Below are positions 50,153 through 64,000 of a DNA stretch of 64,000 nucleotides, one piece after another (position 1 is the first letter of the stretch; each line of letters opens with the position of its first letter). The stretch lies in the NCBI RefSeq assembly GCF_009914755.1, contig NC_060927.1. One strand, 5' to 3'. The notes under the pieces are model-generated. The model ran no database searches. It had not been told where the DNA came from and saw only the letters and a program-made list of their open reading frames with translations. The DNA is from the human T2T-CHM13v2.0 reference genome, Homo sapiens. Made by a program: the position numbers and the translations under genes.

Positions 50153-53100
50153 GAGTAGGGATTGGGGTCAGGAGGGGTGCGGTCAGGAGGGATGTGGTCA
50201 GGAGGGGATGTAGTTAGTGGGGATGCAGTCGGGAGGGATGCAGTTAGTAGGGATGTGGTCAGGAGGGGATGCGGTCAGGAGGGGATGCAGTTAGTAGGGA
50301 TGTGGTCGGGAGGGATGCAGTTAGTAGGGATGCGGTTAGTAGGGATGTGGTCACGAGGGACGTGATCAGGAGGGGATGCAGTTAATAGGGATGCGGTCAG
50401 GAGGGGATGCGGTTAGTAGGGATGCGGTCAGGAGGGGATGCGGTTAGTAGGGATGCGGTCAGGAGGGGATGCAGTTAGTAGGGATGCGGTCGGGAGGGGA
50501 TGCAGTTAGTAGGGATGTGGTCGGGAGGGGATGCGGTTAGTAGGGATGTGGTCGGGAGGGGATTCAGTTAGTAGGGATGTGGTCGGGAGGGATGCGGTTA
50601 GTAGGGATGTGGTCGGGAGGGATGCGGTTAGTAGGGATGTGGTCGGGAGGGGATGCGGTTAGTAGGGATGTGGTCGGGAGGGGATGCAGTTAGTAGGGAT
50701 GTGGTCGGGAGGGATGCGGTTAGTAGGGATGTGGTCGGGAGGGGATGCGGTCAGGAGGGGATGCAGTTAGTAGGGATGTGGTCGGGAGGGATGCGGTTAG
50801 TAGGGATGTGGTCGGGAGGGATGCAGTTAGTAGGGATGTGGTCGGGAGGGATGCGGTTAGTAGGGATGTGGTCGGGAGGGGATGCAGTTAGTAGGGATGT
50901 GGTCGGGAGGGATGCGGTTAGTAGGGATGTGGTCGGGAGGGGATGCGGTCAGGAGGGGATGCAGTTAGTAGGGATGTGGTCGGGAGGGATGCGGTTAGTA
51001 GGGATGTGGTCGGGAGGGGATGCGGTTAGTAGGGATGTGGTCGGGAGGGGATGCAGTTAGTAGGGATGTGGTCGGGAGGGATGCGGTTAGTAGGGATGTG
51101 GTCGGGAGGGATGCAGTTAGTAGGGATGTGGTCGGGAGGGGATGCGGTCAGGAGGGGATGCAGTTAGTAGGGATGTGGTCGGGAGGGATGCGGTTAGTAG
51201 GGATGTGGTCGGGAGGGATGCAGTTAGTAGGGATGTGGTCGGGAGGGGATGCGGTTAGTAGGGATGCGGTCAGGAGGGGATGCGGTTAGTAGGGATGCGG
51301 TCAGGAGGGGATGCAGTTAGTAGGGATGCGGTCGGGAGGGGATGCAGTTAGTAGGGATGTGGTCGGGAGGGGATGCGGTTAGTAGGGATGTGGTCGGGAG
51401 GGGATTCAGTTAGTAGGGATGTGGTCGGGAGGGATGCGGTTAGTAGGGATGTGGTCGGGAGGGGATGCAGTTAGTAGGGATGTGGTCGGGAGGGATGCGG
51501 TTAGTAGGGATGTGGTCGGGAGGGGATGCGGTTAGTAGGGATGTGGTCGGGAGGGGATGCAGTTAGTAGGGATGTGGTCGGGAGGGATGCGGTTAGTAGG
51601 GATGTGGTCGGGAGGGGATGCAGTTAGTAGGGATGTGGTCGGGAGGGATGCGGTTAGTAGGGATGTGGTCGGGAGGGGATGCAGTTAGTAGGGATGTGGT
51701 CGGGAGGGATGCAGTTAGTAGGGATGTGGTCGGGAGGGGATGCGGTTAGTAGGGATGTGGTCGGGAGGGGATGCAGTTAGTAGGGATGTGGTCGGGAGGG
51801 ATGCGGTTAGTAGGGATGTGGTCGGGAGGGGATGCGGTCAGGAGGGGATGCAGTTAGTAGGGATGTGGTCGGGAGGGATGCAGTTAGTAGGGATGTGGTC
51901 GGGAGGGGATGCAGTTAGTAGGGATGTGGTCAGGAGGGGATGCAGTTAGTAGGGATGTGGTCGGGAGGGGATTCAGTTAGTAGGGATGTGGTCGGGAGGG
52001 ATGCAGTTAGTAGGGATGTGGTCAGGAGGGGATGCAGTTAGTAGGGATGTGGTCGGGAGGGGATTCAGTTAGTAGGGATGTGGTCGGGAGGGGATGCGGT
52101 CAGGAGGGGATGCGGTTAGTAGGGATGTGGTCGGGAGGGGATTCAGTTAGTAGGGATGTGGTCGGGAGGGATGCGGTTAGTAGGGATGTGGTCGGGAGGG
52201 GATGCAGTTAGTAGGGATGTGGTCGGGAGGGATGCAGTTAGTAGGGATGTGGTCAGGAGGGGATGCAGTTAGTAGGGATGTGGTCGGGAGGGGATTCAGT
52301 TAGTAGGGATGTGGTCGGGAGGGATGCAGTTAGTAGGGATGTGGTCGGGAGGGATGCGGTTAGTAGGGATGCGGTCAGGAGGGGATGCAGTTAGTAGGGA
52401 TGCGGTCGGGAGGGGATGCAGTTAGTAGGGATGTGGTCGGGAGGGGATGCAGTTAGTAGGGATGTGGTCGGGAGGGATGCGGTTAGTAGGGATGTGGTCG
52501 GGAGGGGATTCAGTTAGTAGGGATGTGGTCGGGAGGGATGCAGTTAGTAGGGATGTGGTCGGGAGGGGATTCAGTTAGTAGGGATGTGGTCGGGAGGGAT
52601 GCAGTTAGTAGGGATGTGGTCGGGAGGGGATTCAGTTAGTAGGGATGTGGTCGGGAGGGATGCAGTTAGTAGGGATGTGGTCGGGAGGGGATGCGGTTAG
52701 TAGGGATGCGGTCAGGAGGGGATGCAGTTAGTAGGGATGTGGTCGGGAGGGATGCAGTTAGTAGGGATGTGGTCGGGAGGGGATGCAGTTAGTAGGGATG
52801 TGGTCGGGAGGGGATTCAGTTAGTAGGGATGTGGTCGGGAGGGATGCAGTTAGTAGGGATGTGGTCGGGAGGGGATGCGGTTAGTAGGGATGTGGTCGGG
52901 AGGGGATTCAGTTAGTAGGGATGTGGTCGGGAGGGATGCAGTTAGTAGGGATGTGGTCGGGAGGGGATTCAGTTAGTAGGGATGTGGTCGGGAGGGATGC
53001 AGTTAGTAGGGATGTGGTCGGGAGGGGATGCAGTTAGTAGGGATGTGGTCGGGAGGGATGCAGTTAGTAGGGATGTGGTCGGGAGGGGATTCAGTTAGTA

Positions 53101-56100
53101 GGGATGTGGTCGGGAGGGATGCAGTTAGTAGGGATGTGGTCGGGAGGGATGCAGTTAGTAGGGATGTGGTCGGGAGGGGATTCAGTTAGTAGGGATGTGG
53201 TCGGGAGGGGATGCGGTCAGGAGGGGATGCAGTTAGTAGGGATGCGGTCGGGAGGGGATGCAGTTAGTAGGGATGTGGTCGGGAGGGGATGCGGTTAGTA
53301 GGGATGTGGTCGGGAGGGGATGCGGTTAGTAGGGATGTGGTCGGGAGGGGATTCAGTTAGTAGGGATGTGGTCGGGAGGGGATGCGGTCAGGAGGGGATG
53401 CAGTTAGTAGGGATGCGGTCGGGAGGGGATGCAGTTAGTAGGGATGTGGTCGGGAGGGGATGCAGTTAGTAGGGATGTGGTCGGGAGGGGATGCGGTTAG
53501 TAGGGATGTGGTCGGGAGGGGATTCAGTTAGTAGGGATGTGGTCGGGAGGGATGCAGTTAGTAGGGATGTGGTCGGGAGGGGATTCAGTTAGTAGGGATG
53601 TGGTCGGGAGGGATGCAGTTAGTAGGGATGTGGTCGGGAGGGGATGCAGTTAGTAGGGATGTGGTCGGGAGGGATGCAGTTAGTAGGGATGTGGTCGGGA
53701 GGGGATTCAGTTAGTAGGGATGTGGTCGGGAGGGATGCAGTTAGTAGGGATGTGGTCGGGAGGGATGCAGTTAGTAGGGATGTGGTCGGGAGGGGATTCA
53801 GTTAGTAGGGATGTGGTCGGGAGGGGATGCGGTCAGGAGGGGATGCAGTTAGTAGGGATGTGGTCGGGAGGGGATGCAGTTAGTAGGGATGTGGTCGGGA
53901 GGGGATGCGGTTAGTAGGGATGTGGTCGGGAGGGGATGCGGTTAGTAGGGATGTGGTCGGGAGGGGATTCAGTTAGTAGGGATGTGGTCGGGAGGGGATG
54001 CGGTCAGGAGGGGATGCAGTTAGTAGGGATGCGGTCGGGAGGGGATGCAGTTAGTAGGGATGTGGTCGGGAGGGGATGCAGTTAGTAGGGATGTGGTCGG
54101 GAGGGGATGCGGTTAGTAGGGATGTGGTCGGGAGGGGATTCAGTTAGTAGGGATGTGGTCGGGAGGGATGCAGTTAGTAGGGATGTGGTCGGGAGGGGAT
54201 TCAGTTAGTAGGGATGTGGTCGGGAGGGGATGCAGTTAGTAGGGATGTGGTCGGGAGGGGATGCGGTTAGTAGGGATGCGGTCAGGAGGGGATGCAGTTA
54301 GTAGGGATGTGGTCGGGAGGGGATTCAGTTAGTAGGGATGTGGTCGGGAGGGGATGCGGTCAGGAGGGGATGCAGTTAGTAGGGATGTGGTCGGGAGGGG
54401 ATGCAGTTAGTAGGGATGTGGTCGGGAGGGGATGCGGTTAGTAGGGATGTGGTCGGGAGGGGATGCGGTTAGTAGGGATGTGGTCGGGAGGGGATTCAGT
54501 TAGTAGGGATGTGGTCGGGAGGGGATGCGGTCAGGAGGGGATGCAGTTAGTAGGGATGCGGTCGGGAGGGGATGCAGTTAGTAGGGATGTGGTCGGGAGG
54601 GGATGCAGTTAGTAGGGATGTGGTCGGGAGGGGATGCGGTTAGTAGGGATGTGGTCGGGAGGGGATTCAGTTAGTAGGGATGTGGTCGGGAGGGATGCAG
54701 TTAGTAGGGATGTGGTCGGGAGGGGATTCAGTTAGTAGGGATGTGGTCGGGAGGGGATGCAGTTAGTAGGGATGTGGTCGGGAGGGGATGCGGTTAGTAG
54801 GGATGCGGTCAGGAGGGGATGCAGTTAGTAGGGATGTGGTCGGGAGGGGATGCAGTTAGTAGGGATGTGGTCGGGAGGGGATGCGGTTAGTAGGGATGTG
54901 GTCGGGAGGGGATGCAGTTAGTAGGGATGCGGTCAGGAGGGGATGCAGTTAGTAGGGATGTGGTCGGGAGGGGATGCAGTTAGTAGGGATGTGGTCGGGA
55001 GGGGATGCGGTTAGTAGGGATGTGGTCGGGAGGGATGCAGTTAGTAGGGATGTGGTCGGGAGGGGATTCAGTTAGTAGGGATGTGGTCGGGAGGGATGCG
55101 GTTAGTAGGGATGTGGTCGGGAGGGATGCGGTTAGTAGGGATGTGGTCGGGAGGGATGCGGTCAGGAGGGGATGCGGTTAGTAGGGATGTGGTCGGGAGG
55201 GATGCGGTTAGTAGGGATGTGGTCGGGAGGGGATGCAGTTAGTAGGGATGTGGTCGGGAGGGATGCGGTTAGTAGGGATGCGGTCAGGAGGGGATGCAGT
55301 TAGTAGGGATGCGGTCGGGAGGGGATGCAGTTAGTAGGGATGTGGTCGGGAGGGGATGCAGTTAGTAGGGATGTGGTCGGGAGGGATGCGGTTAGTAGGG
55401 ATGCGGTCAGGAGGGGATGCAGTTAGTAGGGATGCGGTCGGGAGGGGATGCAGTTAGTAGGGATGTGGTCGGGAGGGGATGCAGTTAGTAGGGATGTGGT
55501 CGGGAGGGGATGCGGTTAGTAGGGATGTGGTCGGGAGGGGATTCAGTTAGTAGGGATGTGGTCGGGAGGGATGCAGTTAGTAGGGATGTGGTCGGGAGGG
55601 GATTCAGTTAGTAGGGATGTGGTCGGGAGGGGATGCGGTTAGTAGGGATGTGGTCGGGAGGGGATGCGGTTAGTAGGGATGCGGTCAGGAGGGGATGCAG
55701 TTAGTAGGGATGCGGTCGGGAGGGGATGCAGTTAGTAGGGATGTGGTCGGGAGGGGATGCAGTTAGTAGGGATGTGGTCGGGAGGGGATGCGGTTAGTAG
55801 GGATGTGGTCGGGAGGGGATTCAGTTAGTAGGGATGCGGTCGGGAGGGGATGCAGTTAGTAGGGATGTGGTCGGGAGGGATGCAGTTAGTAGGGATGTGG
55901 TCGGGAGGGGATTCAGTTAGTAGGGATGTGGTCGGGAGGGATGCGGTTAGTAGGGATGTGGTCGGGAGGGGATGCGGTCAGGAGGGGATGCAGTTAGTAG
56001 GGATGTGGTCGGGAGGGATGCGGTTAGTAGGGATGTGGTCGGGAGGGATGCGGTCAGGAGGGGATGCGGTTAGTAGGGATGTGGTCGGGAGGGATGCGGT

Positions 56101-56869
56101 TAGTAGGGATGTGGTCGGGAGGGGATGCAGTTAGTAGGGATGTGGTCGGGAGGGATGCGGTTAGTAGGGATGTGGTCGGGAGGGGATGCGGTCAGGAGGG
56201 GATGCGGTTAGTAGGGATGTGGTCGGGAGGGATGCGGTTAGTAGGGATGTGGTCGGGAGGGGATGCAGTTAGTAGGGATGTGGTCGGGAGGGATGCGGTT
56301 AGTAGGGATGTGGTCGGGAGGGGATGCGGTCAGGAGGGGATGCAGTTAGTAGGGATGTGGTCGGGAGGGATGCAGTTAGTAGGGATGTGGTCGGGAGGGG
56401 ATTCAGTTAGTAGGGATGTGGTCGGGAGGGATGCAGTTAGTAGGGATGTGGTCGGGAGGGATTCAGTTAGTAGGGATGTGGTCGGGAGGGATGCAGTTAG
56501 TAGGGATGCGGTCGGGAGGGATGCAGTTAGTAGGGATGTGGTCGGGAGGGATGCAGTTAGTAGGGATGCGGTCGGGAGGGATGCAGTTAGTAGGGATGTG
56601 GTCAGGAGGGGATGCGGTTAGTAGGGATGTGGTCGGGAGGGATGCAGTTAGTAGGGATGTGGTCAGGAGGGGATGCGGTTAGTAGGGATGTGGTCGGGAG
56701 GGATGCAGTTAGTAGGGATGTGGTCAGGAGGGGATGCGGTTAGTAGGGATGTGGTCGGGAGGGGATGCGGTTAGTAGGGATGCGGTCGGGAGGGAATGCG
56801 GTTAGTAGGGATGCAGTGAGGACGGGTGTGGTCAGGAGGTGTGTGGTCAGGAGGGGTGCGGTCAGGAGG
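50153..56869. repeat. G-rich VNTR, ~6.7 kb, 30/31-bp unit (roughly 215-220 copies)
   Basis: Alternating GGGATGC(A/G)GTTAGTA and GGGATGTGGTCGGGA(G) subunits, with GATTCAG and CGGTCAGGAG variants. Confidence 0.98.
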
Positions 56870-57029
56870 AAAAACCTCACCCGGAGCAGAACCAGGTGTT
56901 CATGTCTCTATATAATTGGAGCCGTGATGGACGCCACTCTCCTGAGAGGCCTGACTGTGGTGGGAGTGCTCTCCTCAAACCAAGCAGTTTCCAATGGCAG
57001 AATCCTTTAGAAAACAGTAGAACTGTGGG

Positions 57030-57210
57030 AGCTCCAAAAGCAGATCTCATGAAGGTAGAAAAGAGAATGGTGGTTACCAGCGGCAGGGAAGAGTAGAGGG
57101 AGGGGGAGGATGAAGGGGACAAAAAGAATGTAAATGTATTACCACTGAACAGTACCCTTAAAAATAGTAAACATGGTAAATTTTAGATGTCTATTTTACC
57201 TCAAAAAGAA
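57030..57210 (+). mobile_element. L1MA/MB 3' fragment
   Basis: GATCTCATGAAGGTAGAAAAGAGAATGGTGGTTACCAG…ACCACTGAACAGTACCCTTAAAAATAG. Confidence 0.7.
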
Positions 57211-57743
57211 AATGCTGGAACAATTTCAGCCAAAAAATAAAAACCCTCAATTCATGAGCACAAAATAATTTAGTTTCTCAGGTGACTGGAATTTTTTTGT
57301 ACTATTTTTAGGAAGAAGACCTTAATAAGAAATCAAAAACAAATCAAGGATTTATTTTTTAAAACAACAAAATACCAGCAGCTTCCAGGGACTCCCCTGG
57401 AGTCCACACATGGCCGGTGCAGTCCAACCCCATTACACGTTTATGAAAGAACAATGGATGTTCAGAAGGATGACCCTTGAATCGCTAGGTCATCGAAAAA
57501 AGTTTCTCTTCACTCAGTTGCCAGAATCCCTATTTCCTTTGCATTATAGTGAAGTGGAGCCTGGTCGTATTCCTAAATTAACTACAAGCTCCTTGAAATA
57601 GATTTTTCAAGAATTCTAACATCTTTCGGACAAAGGTGACACTGTGTATAAATTTAATGTATTGAGCATCCAGAAATGGTTTGGTCTTTGAGAGGAACCT
57701 CATGAGGCCGCATCCTGTAGATATTTGATGGGGATGGGTCATG

Positions 57744-57971
57744 ATGGTGGTTCTCAACTGGGGCGGGGTCATTCCCCTTCGTCCCGGGAGCATGTGGCAA
57801 CGTATGGAGACCTTTTTGATTGATATAATTGGGATGGGGAGTGGGATGCTACTGGCATCTAGTCGATAGCGGCCAAGGGATTCTGCTCAATATCCTGTAA
57901 TGCACAAAACAGCCCTTCACAACAAAATTATATGACCAAAATGTCTAGAGTGCTAAGGTTGAGAAACCATG
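57744..57971. mobile_element. MER20 (hAT-Charlie)
   Basis: GTGGTTCTCAACTGGGGC…GCTACTGGCATCTAGT…GCTAAGGTTGAGAAACC. Confidence 0.88.
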
Positions 57972-58784
57972 GTTCATGGTAACTCCAAAAGGTGAACCCC
58001 AGTGGAGACCAGTAGGGCGGTTGCTCCAGGGCTACTCAGAGGCCTCAGGGCCACACTCAGAAACCTACCCTGTCATCCACCACCTGGGTATTTTTTTTAA
58101 CTCAAAAAAATGTCACCTTACTCGTCTTCTTAGGATGGTTCTAGGATCTAAAGCCAGGACATCCATCTGCAATGAAATACAACCTTCAGATGTCTGGCTG
58201 CTCTATGCTGGCAACAGGGATGCTCAGCGGAGCCGAGAGTAGAGCGTAAGGAGTTAGTTACATGAGTCACATGCCGCCTGATGAACCCAGGTCTACCAGG
58301 ACTTGGGCTCTACTGGGAGGGCACTGCCAGTGCTCACCTGGGTGGTACTACCTCTTCTAAGTTTCTGCTGGTAACCAAGGTTCTTGTGACCAGTCTTCTT
58401 GCTTTGGATGTGTTAATGTTTGCCTGACTTCCACCTGGAGTCAGAGCCCACCTAAAATGATTGCATTGCTTGGCTCTTATCCATTTATTATGTTTATATT
58501 TTATAGTTTAATACAGGAATTCCCTGATCTGAGAGCAGAGGGAGTGATTTTGAGAAGCCACCTAATCCATGAGTGTCTAGAGTATCTGTAAGCAAACATA
58601 GTACATGCTAATCTGGTACCACTGTTTGTCAAAAATATTCATATGATGTGGCAATTTAAAGAGTAGTCATAATTCCTAATAGTTTGTTGTCAATATGTAT
58701 TTCTTGGTCACAAACACTAAAAGTATAAATATGATCATGTGGAAATGGGTCTGGAAAATATTTTGAGGATAAAAGCAGGATTTA

Positions 58785-59114
<330 letters not shown>

Positions 59115-59787
59115 TTACACTGGAAAAAGTTGGGAACCACTGGTTTGACTCTCAGAAGGTTAACTTTCATATTTCCTAGTTCTCGAGCAGGGAAGCCCAG
59201 CACCCCGGGGTTGCCGCCCCCACCCCCCATGGCATGTGTCTGCTTGCTCTACCCCAGGGACAATCTTAACTCCTTGTATTGGTGTGCTTTACCGTTTCCA
59301 AAACATTAAGGAAGGCAGAACAGAGGCTACCACTTCTATTTAGGGATGAGGATGGGACTTGGGCAGCTGATTTGTCTCAGGGTCTATGGCCAGCACAGCT
59401 GGAGCCAGGTCCCCAAACTCTGACGTGGGACCCAGAGCTCTTTCCACTCCCCCGAATTAGTAATGGAGCCCTTGGGGGGTCTCGGAGCCACCAAATACCA
59501 AACTCTACTCCACAGCAACTAGTGGATGAAGAGAGCCAGGAAGTATTTAAGAGCTTTCAGGAACTAGTCATTTTACGTCCTTCTGAATCCCAGTTAGTTC
59601 ATGAGAATTTCACGAAGGTAAAGGCGACAGAAAGCAATGAACAAGCCCACGTTCGGTTGCCATGGAAACCCGTGTTTACCTTTGGGTTCATATTTGGTAC
59701 AATTTCCTGAAATTCCCAATGAGGATTTCAGGTGATCTGGGGGTTCTCTGAACCTCAGTCTCTAAATCTGAAAAGTAAAAAAACACT

Positions 59788-59897
59788 GAACCAGATTATG
59801 TATTTCTGGGTAATTTTACCTTTGACATTCTATTAGTCTAAAGAACCAGATTATATATTTCTGGGTAATTTTCCCTTTGACATTCTATTAGTCTAAA
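59788..59897. repeat. Tandem duplication, 55-bp unit x2
   Basis: GAACCAGATTAT(G/A)TATTTCTGGGTAATTTT(A/C)CCTTTGACATTCTATTAGTCTAAA starts at 59788 and 59843. Confidence 0.95.
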
Positions 59898-60583
59898 TCT
59901 GTGGGTTCTATCAGCGTCATCAGAGGGAGAACTCTGTAGAACAATGTTTTCTCTTTTTTCAAGAGACATCTATTCGTTCATTCATGTGTTGATTCAACAA
60001 GCATTGATTGCATATAAGGCACTGTACTAGGCTCTGTGCAGATTATAGGCTTGAAAACAGAAAAAGCCCATTGAATACGCCCATGTAGCTAACCTCTATA
60101 AGGAAATCAAGAAAAACAAGAAAGTCATTATGACTAGCTTACCTTTGATGCTTTAAACCACTTCTGATAAAAAGTTAAGGACTTTTATATTGGAATGTAA
60201 AATATGTAGACTAAGAAAATTTCCTGCAAGTGAGTCAAAAATTCTCTGAATTACAACAGGCTCTCGAATGGCTATAAAGTTTAGAGAAAACTAGTAATAC
60301 AATACCTTCAGTTTTTTGTGATGAGAATCTAAAATCTTATCATAGAAGCTTCAAAACAGTTTCCAGTACAACTGATCCAAGGGCAGGGAAAAAATATTTG
60401 TTTGATTTAATCTAGAGTCTAGAATTGACTGCTGTTCATTAAGGAACTTTCTTTCTTTCTTAAAGAGAACTTTTTTATACAGTACAATTTCATTAGTTAC
60501 ATAATATCTTTTCATTTGATCAAAAAGTAACTACATTTTATTTCTAAGAGAGATGGAATTGATTTGGCAAATGGAAACTAAGA

Positions 60584-60733
60584 AATATTTCTAGATGGAT
60601 ATTTTGGCTTTTACTATTACACGGAAGATGACAAAATTAGGCAGGAAATTATAAAAGTCTGCAGCTCAAAGAAGGAAATTACTTGTGTGGTATCTGTGGG
60701 AGGATTCACCGGGGTGCTACCAGCACAGATAAA
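60584..60733 (+). promoter_or_regulatory. ATF3: Candidate promoter and non-coding first exon, possibly the ATF3 distal (P1) exon
   Basis: ETS-like CGGAAG at 60622, TATAAAAG at 60650-60657 and donor AAA|GTGAGG at 60733/60734. The gene assignment and 5' boundary come from recollection of the 1q32.3 layout, not from any coding sequence here. Confidence 0.4.
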
Positions 60734-60737
60734 GTGA

Positions 60738-61084
<347 letters not shown>

Positions 61085-62134
61085 CGGCCAGCTTTTTTCT
61101 TTAGTTTCTGAGCATTGCTGCTTACACCACTACCCTTGCACCACTACACCATGCCCTGAGCAGAGGGCAATAAGGTGGGTAAGATGTTGTCCCTGCTTTT
61201 GAGATGTTTATAGTCCATTTGGGGAAGACTCAGGCAAATAACTAGACAGTTCCAGCCCAGGAACCCTAAAGGAGCCAGTAGTTGGGAGCACCTGGGAGGG
61301 CTCTCACACCCAGGCTGGGGGACTGGGGATGCTGCCTGGTGGCAGAAAGACAGGGGTCCCTCTAAAGTGCCTTCTAGGTCTGATGTCTTACATGTGGCTC
61401 TGAAGAGAAAAAATAAGTACAGAATCACAAGAGTGTGGTAAAAAAAAAAAAATCCTTCGGGGGAGAAAAAGACAGTCCATGAGAATACTGTCAAATTGTC
61501 TAATACCTTTATTCAATCGTGCTTGGAAAGAGGAAGCGAGGCAGACACGGGGCCCTGGAATCTGTGAAACACCTACCCCAGGTTTGCTCAGGTTGTTAAG
61601 GAATCTCCAGGGACATCCCTCTTCCCATTAGCATGGATTGGGCCTGCGAAGACACCGCAGCTGACTGATATCTGCTCTGTTAGATTACAAAGCCACGTAA
61701 TTGCTGTTTGAGGTTCGAGTCATGGTGAGGGACTCATCTGCGTTTCTGTTCATTTGTATAGCAATTAATTTGTACCTAAATTAACAATAAAAATAGTTAT
61801 GTGATCCAATAAAGTAGACATGATGGCAGAAAAAATAACCTCATCTGTTTTACCGTACTAGCAAGGCCAAATCGTCCTTTTCCCCTCCCACTGTTGTTTG
61901 TCTCTCTGGAGAAGGTTATTTTCAGGCAGGCAGAGCGGGAACCGGGTGTGCATGCTGGCCCCTGTCAGGGGTCCAGCCTCAAAGGCCACAGACAGGAAAA
62001 TGGGATTTGCGTGATGTCAAGTATTGTTGACTTGTGAGGGTTCAGGAAGGTCACCACTGCAGCGTGCTCCCAAGGAAGGCCAGGAAACAGGCTCCCTGAA
62101 ATTGTTTAAGGCGAAGACAGACACAAACTACCCG

Positions 62135-62410
62135 GGAAGATGTTAGCACACTTGGGCAGCATATGGCTAGCAGACACATTCTGTTTGGCATGAAAGGGTT
62201 TTTAAGTCTTTGGGTTTGTTTCCAATGTTTAAAAATTAGGATATTTCACATGAATATTCAGATTCACAATTCTCTTGAAAAGTTGGAAGATTGTTGACAC
62301 TGTATCTACATTCCTGCCCAACAACATGTGGCTGGAGGTGAGTGGTCACTGTCCCTTTTGAAGTCAGGCAGTGTTTGCCAGTTTGCTTCAGTCCCCGCCT
62401 GGCTCCTGCA
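62135..62410. mobile_element. MER102-like hAT element
   Basis: AAATTAGGATATTTCACATGAATATTCAGATT…TCTTGAAAAGTTGGAAGATT…GGCTGGAGGTGAGTGG. Confidence 0.65.
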
Positions 62411-62989
62411 GGATTTCAGTTTGTGACCCTTGTTTTAGGATTTGCCTGGTCACTTACAGGAGTAACTTGCTTTGGTTGCTGTTTAGGTCGACTTCACTTT
62501 TTAACTTCCTGGAGTATTTTCCTTTCTCAGAATTTGAATCTCGGGCATGGAGGCTGCTCTCGGAACAAAGGTGTTACACTTGCTGCTGTGTTATTTCGTT
62601 CTGGCATTGAACCTGTTGCCATAGAACCATAGACCTCTCCAGAGGGAACTTACTTTGGAGAATAGCTTGTCCACTTGCCTCTTTTAGGAACTAAGGCTCA
62701 GAGAGGCCAAGTGACTTGTTCAAGGTCACACAGCAACTTGAGACAGAGCCAAAACTGGAACCAGTTCTCGTACTTTTCCTACTATCTTTCAGCCTCTTCT
62801 GGGGTGCTCATTCATGATATTGCATGACCCAAAGAAAGAATATAATTTCCCAGGTCATTGTGCAATCTTTTCACCTTGGAAAAGTTTGAACATTTGGAGG
62901 CCTGTGGGGCATGGCTGTCTGCTCTCCAAGATGACCCCTGGTCACGGAATGCAGTGTTCAAAGCTAGTTTCTGATACCATCTGTTGATT

Positions 62990-63215
62990 CTAAGAGCCTT
63001 GAACTGGGAGTGAGGCCAGCGAGGTTCTAGTCTATCTCTGCCTCTTACCAGCTGTGTGAGCTTGGGCAAGTTTCCTCACCTCTCTGAGTCAGAATTTCCC
63101 AAGTGAAAGACAGGAGTGCCTGCCTCACAGGATGTTATCATGATCACAGGACAGAACAAAAATTAAAGTTCTCAGAAAAATGTAAAAAGTTAGATAAATG
63201 CAAGTTACTATTATG
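62990..63215 (+). mobile_element. MIR (further MIR pieces at ~62680-62790 and ~63250-63350 on the minus strand)
   Basis: CAGCTGTGTGAGCTTGGGCAAGTTTCCTCACCTCTCTGAG core. Confidence 0.7.
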
Positions 63216-64000
63216 GGCTATTAAGCTGAGATATTAGAGACTCTCAGAATTCTCTCTTTTCACAGGTGAGAAAATGGAGGCTCAGGAAACAGGGTCATCC
63301 AGCCAGTGACCAGTTCAGATTAGCAAGCAGGTCTCCTGTCCTCGCTGCCACAGCCACAGTTGGAATCACGGATCTCAGTTAAAGCCATCTGGCCCCAAGC
63401 ACGTGGGCAGCTGGTCATGGGGTGAAATGGGAAATGCCCTAACCTCCCCTTACAAGAGTCTGTGGAAGCAGAGTCCCAGCCTCAGGAACAGAATCATTAA
63501 ATCCTGCTCATTTTAAGGGCAGAGGCAGAGAGGGAAGGAAGGCTCTGTCCCTCCTCATCCACCCAAGACTGGGATTCTGGGTAGCACTGACTCAGAAGAG
63601 GCTTGGAGACCCCCAAGAGCAGGCCCCCGCACTTGCTGGTGGCTGATTCCCAGCCTGTGGGCATGGATTTGGGAGGAATTACACTGTGCAAATGAACACG
63701 GTTTTTGCAGACTTGTGGGACCTGCCAGCTCTCTCAGTTTAACTAGATCTCTGCAGTGACACCCAGGCATGTTCCGCATTAAATCAGAGCTGGTAATTTC
63801 AGAGGGAAACAGCTCTGAAATGGCATGAAAGACAAAAATCTGTTCCTTGCAAAATGACACCATATGTGCCTGCATTGCTGCAGTTAGGGTAAAAGGCTTT
63901 TCCTCCCTCGGTGACTCATCAAGCTGCCGATGTTAATGTCAGATTTGCAACAGAACCATATACTAATGGAACCCAAATTAGCTCTAAAATTAGCTCTTAA

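Noticed and set aside
50153-56869. PRDM9-like motif CCTCCCGACCAC on the minus strand
   Set aside because: It is one base short of CCTCCCTNNCCAC and lacks the conserved T, so it does not match the 13-mer.
50162-57010. Multiple ORFs (MQLVGMWSGG / DAVSRDVVGR repeats)
   Set aside because: They are translations of the G-rich VNTR, broken by 30/31-bp frame switches.

Overview
This is human (primate) non-coding genomic DNA, dense in retroelements, with no recognisable host protein-coding exon, RNA gene or CRISPR array. It holds a nearly full-length but dead L1PA3/PA4-type LINE-1 (737-6876) with a target-site duplication (TSD), about 20 Alus, several ERV/MaLR LTRs, hAT DNA-transposon fossils and L2/L3/MIR remnants. 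It also has a CpG-island promoter (about 47.1-47.7 kb) and two large VNTRs: a 43-bp unit x about 59 with a 1462-bp higher-order duplication, and a 6.7-kb G-rich 30/31-bp array. From memory only (unverified), the layout resembles 1q32.3 upstream of the ATF3 distal promoter, with a candidate non-coding first exon near 60.6-60.7 kb. The most unusual structure is a 2.2-kb Alu-[foreign DNA]-Alu cassette inside a single MSTB-like LTR. I found no evidence for a new multi-gene system; the ORF track is mostly repeat-derived. Repeat subfamily names are by-eye calls and need RepeatMasker/Dfam confirmation.
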